Shown here piece after piece: positions 62,440 through 64,000 of a stretch of DNA of 64,000 nt. The notes beneath the pieces were generated by a model. That model made no database searches and had not been told where the DNA came from. It worked only from the letters and a program-made list of their open reading frames with translations. A program made the position numbers and the translations under genes. The stretch lies in NCBI GenBank assembly GCA_002898075.1, contig BDSV01000161.1, positions 8,168 to 72,167 on the forward strand, in the 5' to 3' direction. This stretch comes from a bacterium BMS3Abin03. Lineage in GTDB: Bacteria; Bacteroidota; Ignavibacteria; Ignavibacteriales; Ignavibacteriaceae. How positions within the stretch are numbered: the first letter of the stretch is position 1; every line of letters begins with the position of its first letter.

Positions 62440-63110
62440 AAGAAGATAATAGCGAAGATTCAACGAGAGACAGGTACCTGCTTACTTACGCCGATTTGAT
62501 AACCTTACTGTTAGGTCTCTTTATAATTTTATATGCTATATCTAATGTAGATATTGTAAAGTATAAAAAAATGAGTGCCGCATTAGGAAGTGTTTTCGGC
62601 GACAAAAGTAATGTTGTTGGTTTAAAAGATGAAAATGGTACCAATAGACTTACACCGAATGAACGACTAAAAAGAGATTTAAGAAGCTTTGCAGCCGATT
62701 ACGGTAATGATAAATCCATTAGAATAGAAGAGAATAAAAGAGGCGTTGTAATTCACATACTGGATAATCTGCTGTTTGCTTCAGGCGATGCTGAATTATC
62801 CCGAAAGGCGCAAACGGTACTGCATCGCCTGGCTGATATTCTTAAGAAGCTTCCTAACGATATTAGGATTGAAGGACATACGGATAATGTGCCGATTAGT
62901 TCGAAAATGTTTCCATCTAACTGGCATTTATCGGTTCGAAGAGCGCTGAACACGGCATATTATTTGATTTCTACCGAGAAGCTATCTCCGGATAAAGTTT
63001 CGATTGTTGGTTACTCGGAATATAAGCCGCTTGAAACAAATGATACTCCTGAAGGCAGAAGCATTAACAGGAGAGTTGATATTGTAATAATAAATAAAAA
63101 TAAAAAATGA
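62289..63110 (+). CDS. motB: flagellar stator protein MotB
   Basis: 273 aa. LLTYADLITLLLGLFIILYA (plug/TM with the conserved Asp). OmpA-like C-terminus (IEGHTDNVPI...SNWHLSVRRA...NRRVDIVI). The only in-frame ATG gives a 151-nt overlap with motA. Confidence 0.85.
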   Translation: MSSRRKKYDGDFSGRSTGAAERRDTFTGKSKVKQYIASEQSKKRFDRRKLEEDNSEDSTRDRYLLTYADLITLLLGLFIILYAISNVDIVKYKKMSAALGSVFGDKSNVVGLKDENGTNRLTPNERLKRDLRSFAADYGNDKSIRIEENKRGVVIHILDNLLFASGDAELSRKAQTVLHRLADILKKLPNDIRIEGHTDNVPISSKMFPSNWHLSVRRALNTAYYLISTEKLSPDKVSIVGYSEYKPLETNDTPEGRSINRRVDIVIINKNKK

Positions 63111-63490
63111 AAATTAATACTTTACAATTCGGCAAACTTGAATATGATGAAAATCAAATCGTAAAATTTCCCGAGGGGATTCTTGGATTTGAAGAGCTTA
63201 AAGAATACCTCCTAATAAAAACAGATAATGAATTATTTTACTGGCTAACGTCGGTCGATAATCCTAATGTAGCTTTTCCTTTAATTGGAATAAGATTGAT
63301 CGATTCGGAGTTTTTGGAAAAACCGGATAGCGAAGCTTTTGGAATTGTAAAGCTTGATAAAGATCCGCTTAACATAACCGTAAATCTTAAAGCTCCGGTA
63401 TATATAAATCAGGAAATAAAAGAAGGATTTCAAACCGTACTGGATGAAGATAAATATCCGGTTTCTTACCAATTATTTAAGGAAGATTAA
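63107..63490 (+). CDS. fliW: flagellar assembly factor FliW (CsrA antagonist)
   Basis: 127 aa. MKINTLQFGKLEYDENQIVKFPEGILGFEELKEYLLI and NLKAPVYIN are FliW-like. Directly upstream of csrA. Confidence 0.9.
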   Translation: MKINTLQFGKLEYDENQIVKFPEGILGFEELKEYLLIKTDNELFYWLTSVDNPNVAFPLIGIRLIDSEFLEKPDSEAFGIVKLDKDPLNITVNLKAPVYINQEIKEGFQTVLDEDKYPVSYQLFKED

Positions 63491-63501
63491 CCGGATAAAT
63501 T

Positions 63502-63738
63502 ATGCTGATATTAACACGAAAATTAGAAGAAGAAATTGTTCTTAATTCAGATATTAGAATTAAAATACTTGCTTCAGGTGATAACCAGGTAAAAATAGGA
63601 ATCGAAGCACCGAAGAATGTTATAATACTTAGAGGCGAGCTGTTTGATAAGATTAAAGAAGAGATGGAAGAAGTAATACAGAAAAGCACGGAAGCTATTG
63701 TTAATGTTTCTAATTTTAAAGTAAACAAGCTTAAATAA
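63502..63738 (+). CDS. csrA: carbon storage regulator CsrA (flagellar type)
   Basis: 78 aa. MLILTRKLEEEIVLNSDIRIKIL...VKIGIEAPKNVIILRGEL is canonical CsrA with a C-terminal extension. Confidence 0.95.
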   Translation: MLILTRKLEEEIVLNSDIRIKILASGDNQVKIGIEAPKNVIILRGELFDKIKEEMEEVIQKSTEAIVNVSNFKVNKLK

Positions 63739-63743
63739 CCTAT

Positions 63744-64000
63744 ATGCAGTCTAACAGAATAAAAATATTAATCGTTGATGACTCGGATATAATTTTAAAA
63801 GTATTGAAGGAATACTTTAAAGTTTACAATGTTAAAATCACTACGAGTATTAATGGTTTGGATGGAATTAAAAAAGCCATCGAGGTAAAACCCGATTTAA
63901 TCTTACTCGATTTACTGATGCCGAATTTTGACGGCTTAAAAATGCTTCAGGTAGTAAAATTATTAAATGAATTAAAAAATATACCTGTTATTGTAATAAG
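63744..64000 (+). CDS. CheY-like response regulator receiver, 3-prime truncated by the window edge
   Basis: ATG at 63744. MQSNRIKILIVDDSDIILKVLKEYF...KPDLILLDLLMPNFDGLKMLQVVK. The frame is open to the end of the window, so it is not in the ORF track. Confidence 0.75.
   Translation, partial: MQSNRIKILIVDDSDIILKVLKEYFKVYNVKITTSINGLDGIKKAIEVKPDLILLDLLMPNFDGLKMLQVVKLLNELKNIPVIVI

Noticed and set aside
1-64000. Search for tRNA, rRNA, CRISPR repeats, IS elements, integrases or toxin-antitoxin pairs.
   Set aside because: I saw none. There are no regularly spaced direct repeats, no transposase/integrase-like ORFs, no cloverleaf-like GC-rich segments, and all intergenic regions are short and AT-rich.

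Overview
AT-rich bacterial window (by eye, not computed) in which every credible gene, about 60 in all, lies on the + strand. No tRNA, rRNA, CRISPR array or mobile element was seen. There are two parts. (1) nt 952-17426 holds three tightly spaced genes for cytoplasmic TPR-repeat/glycosyltransferase fusion proteins. The first is one uninterrupted 11.8-kb ORF of 3,935 aa. By motif reading it chains 4 TPR blocks, 2 nucleotidyltransferase-like signatures, a SAM-methyltransferase, a GT9-like domain, 4 GT2 domains and 2 GT-B (GT1/GT4, CgeB-like) domains. This island ends 120 nt upstream of a short, Ser/Thr-rich flagellin gene. That gene has a near-consensus sigma-28 promoter, a leader with a GGA-loop hairpin plus a GGA-containing Shine-Dalgarno, and its own terminator. 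I read the island as a candidate, unusually elaborate flagellin (or flagellar filament) glycosylation machine, and it is the most interesting thing in the window. (2) nt 17.4-64 kb is an almost complete flagellar regulon in one co-directional block. In order: fliC-fliS-fliD-(fliT-like)-flgM; a regulatory island (sensor-less histidine kinase + NtrC-type sigma-54 activator, PAS kinase, REC-HDOD, REC-degenerate HD-GYP); flgBC-(orf)-fliEFGHIJ-(MgtE_N-like)-fliK-flgD-(TIGR02530-like)-flgE; fliLMNOPQR-flhBAFG-(orf)-fliA; HDOD protein, a degenerate pseudo-histidine kinase and an unknown protein; flgFGAHIJ-flgN-flgKL-motAB-fliW-csrA; and a partial CheY-like gene at the edge. L- and P-ring genes indicate a diderm. 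The accessory gene set mixes Firmicute-like elements (FliW/CsrA, TIGR02530-like, YlxF-like) with sigma-54/FlhF/FlhG-type regulation. All family assignments come from reading motifs and gene order by eye. No database search or HMM scan was run.
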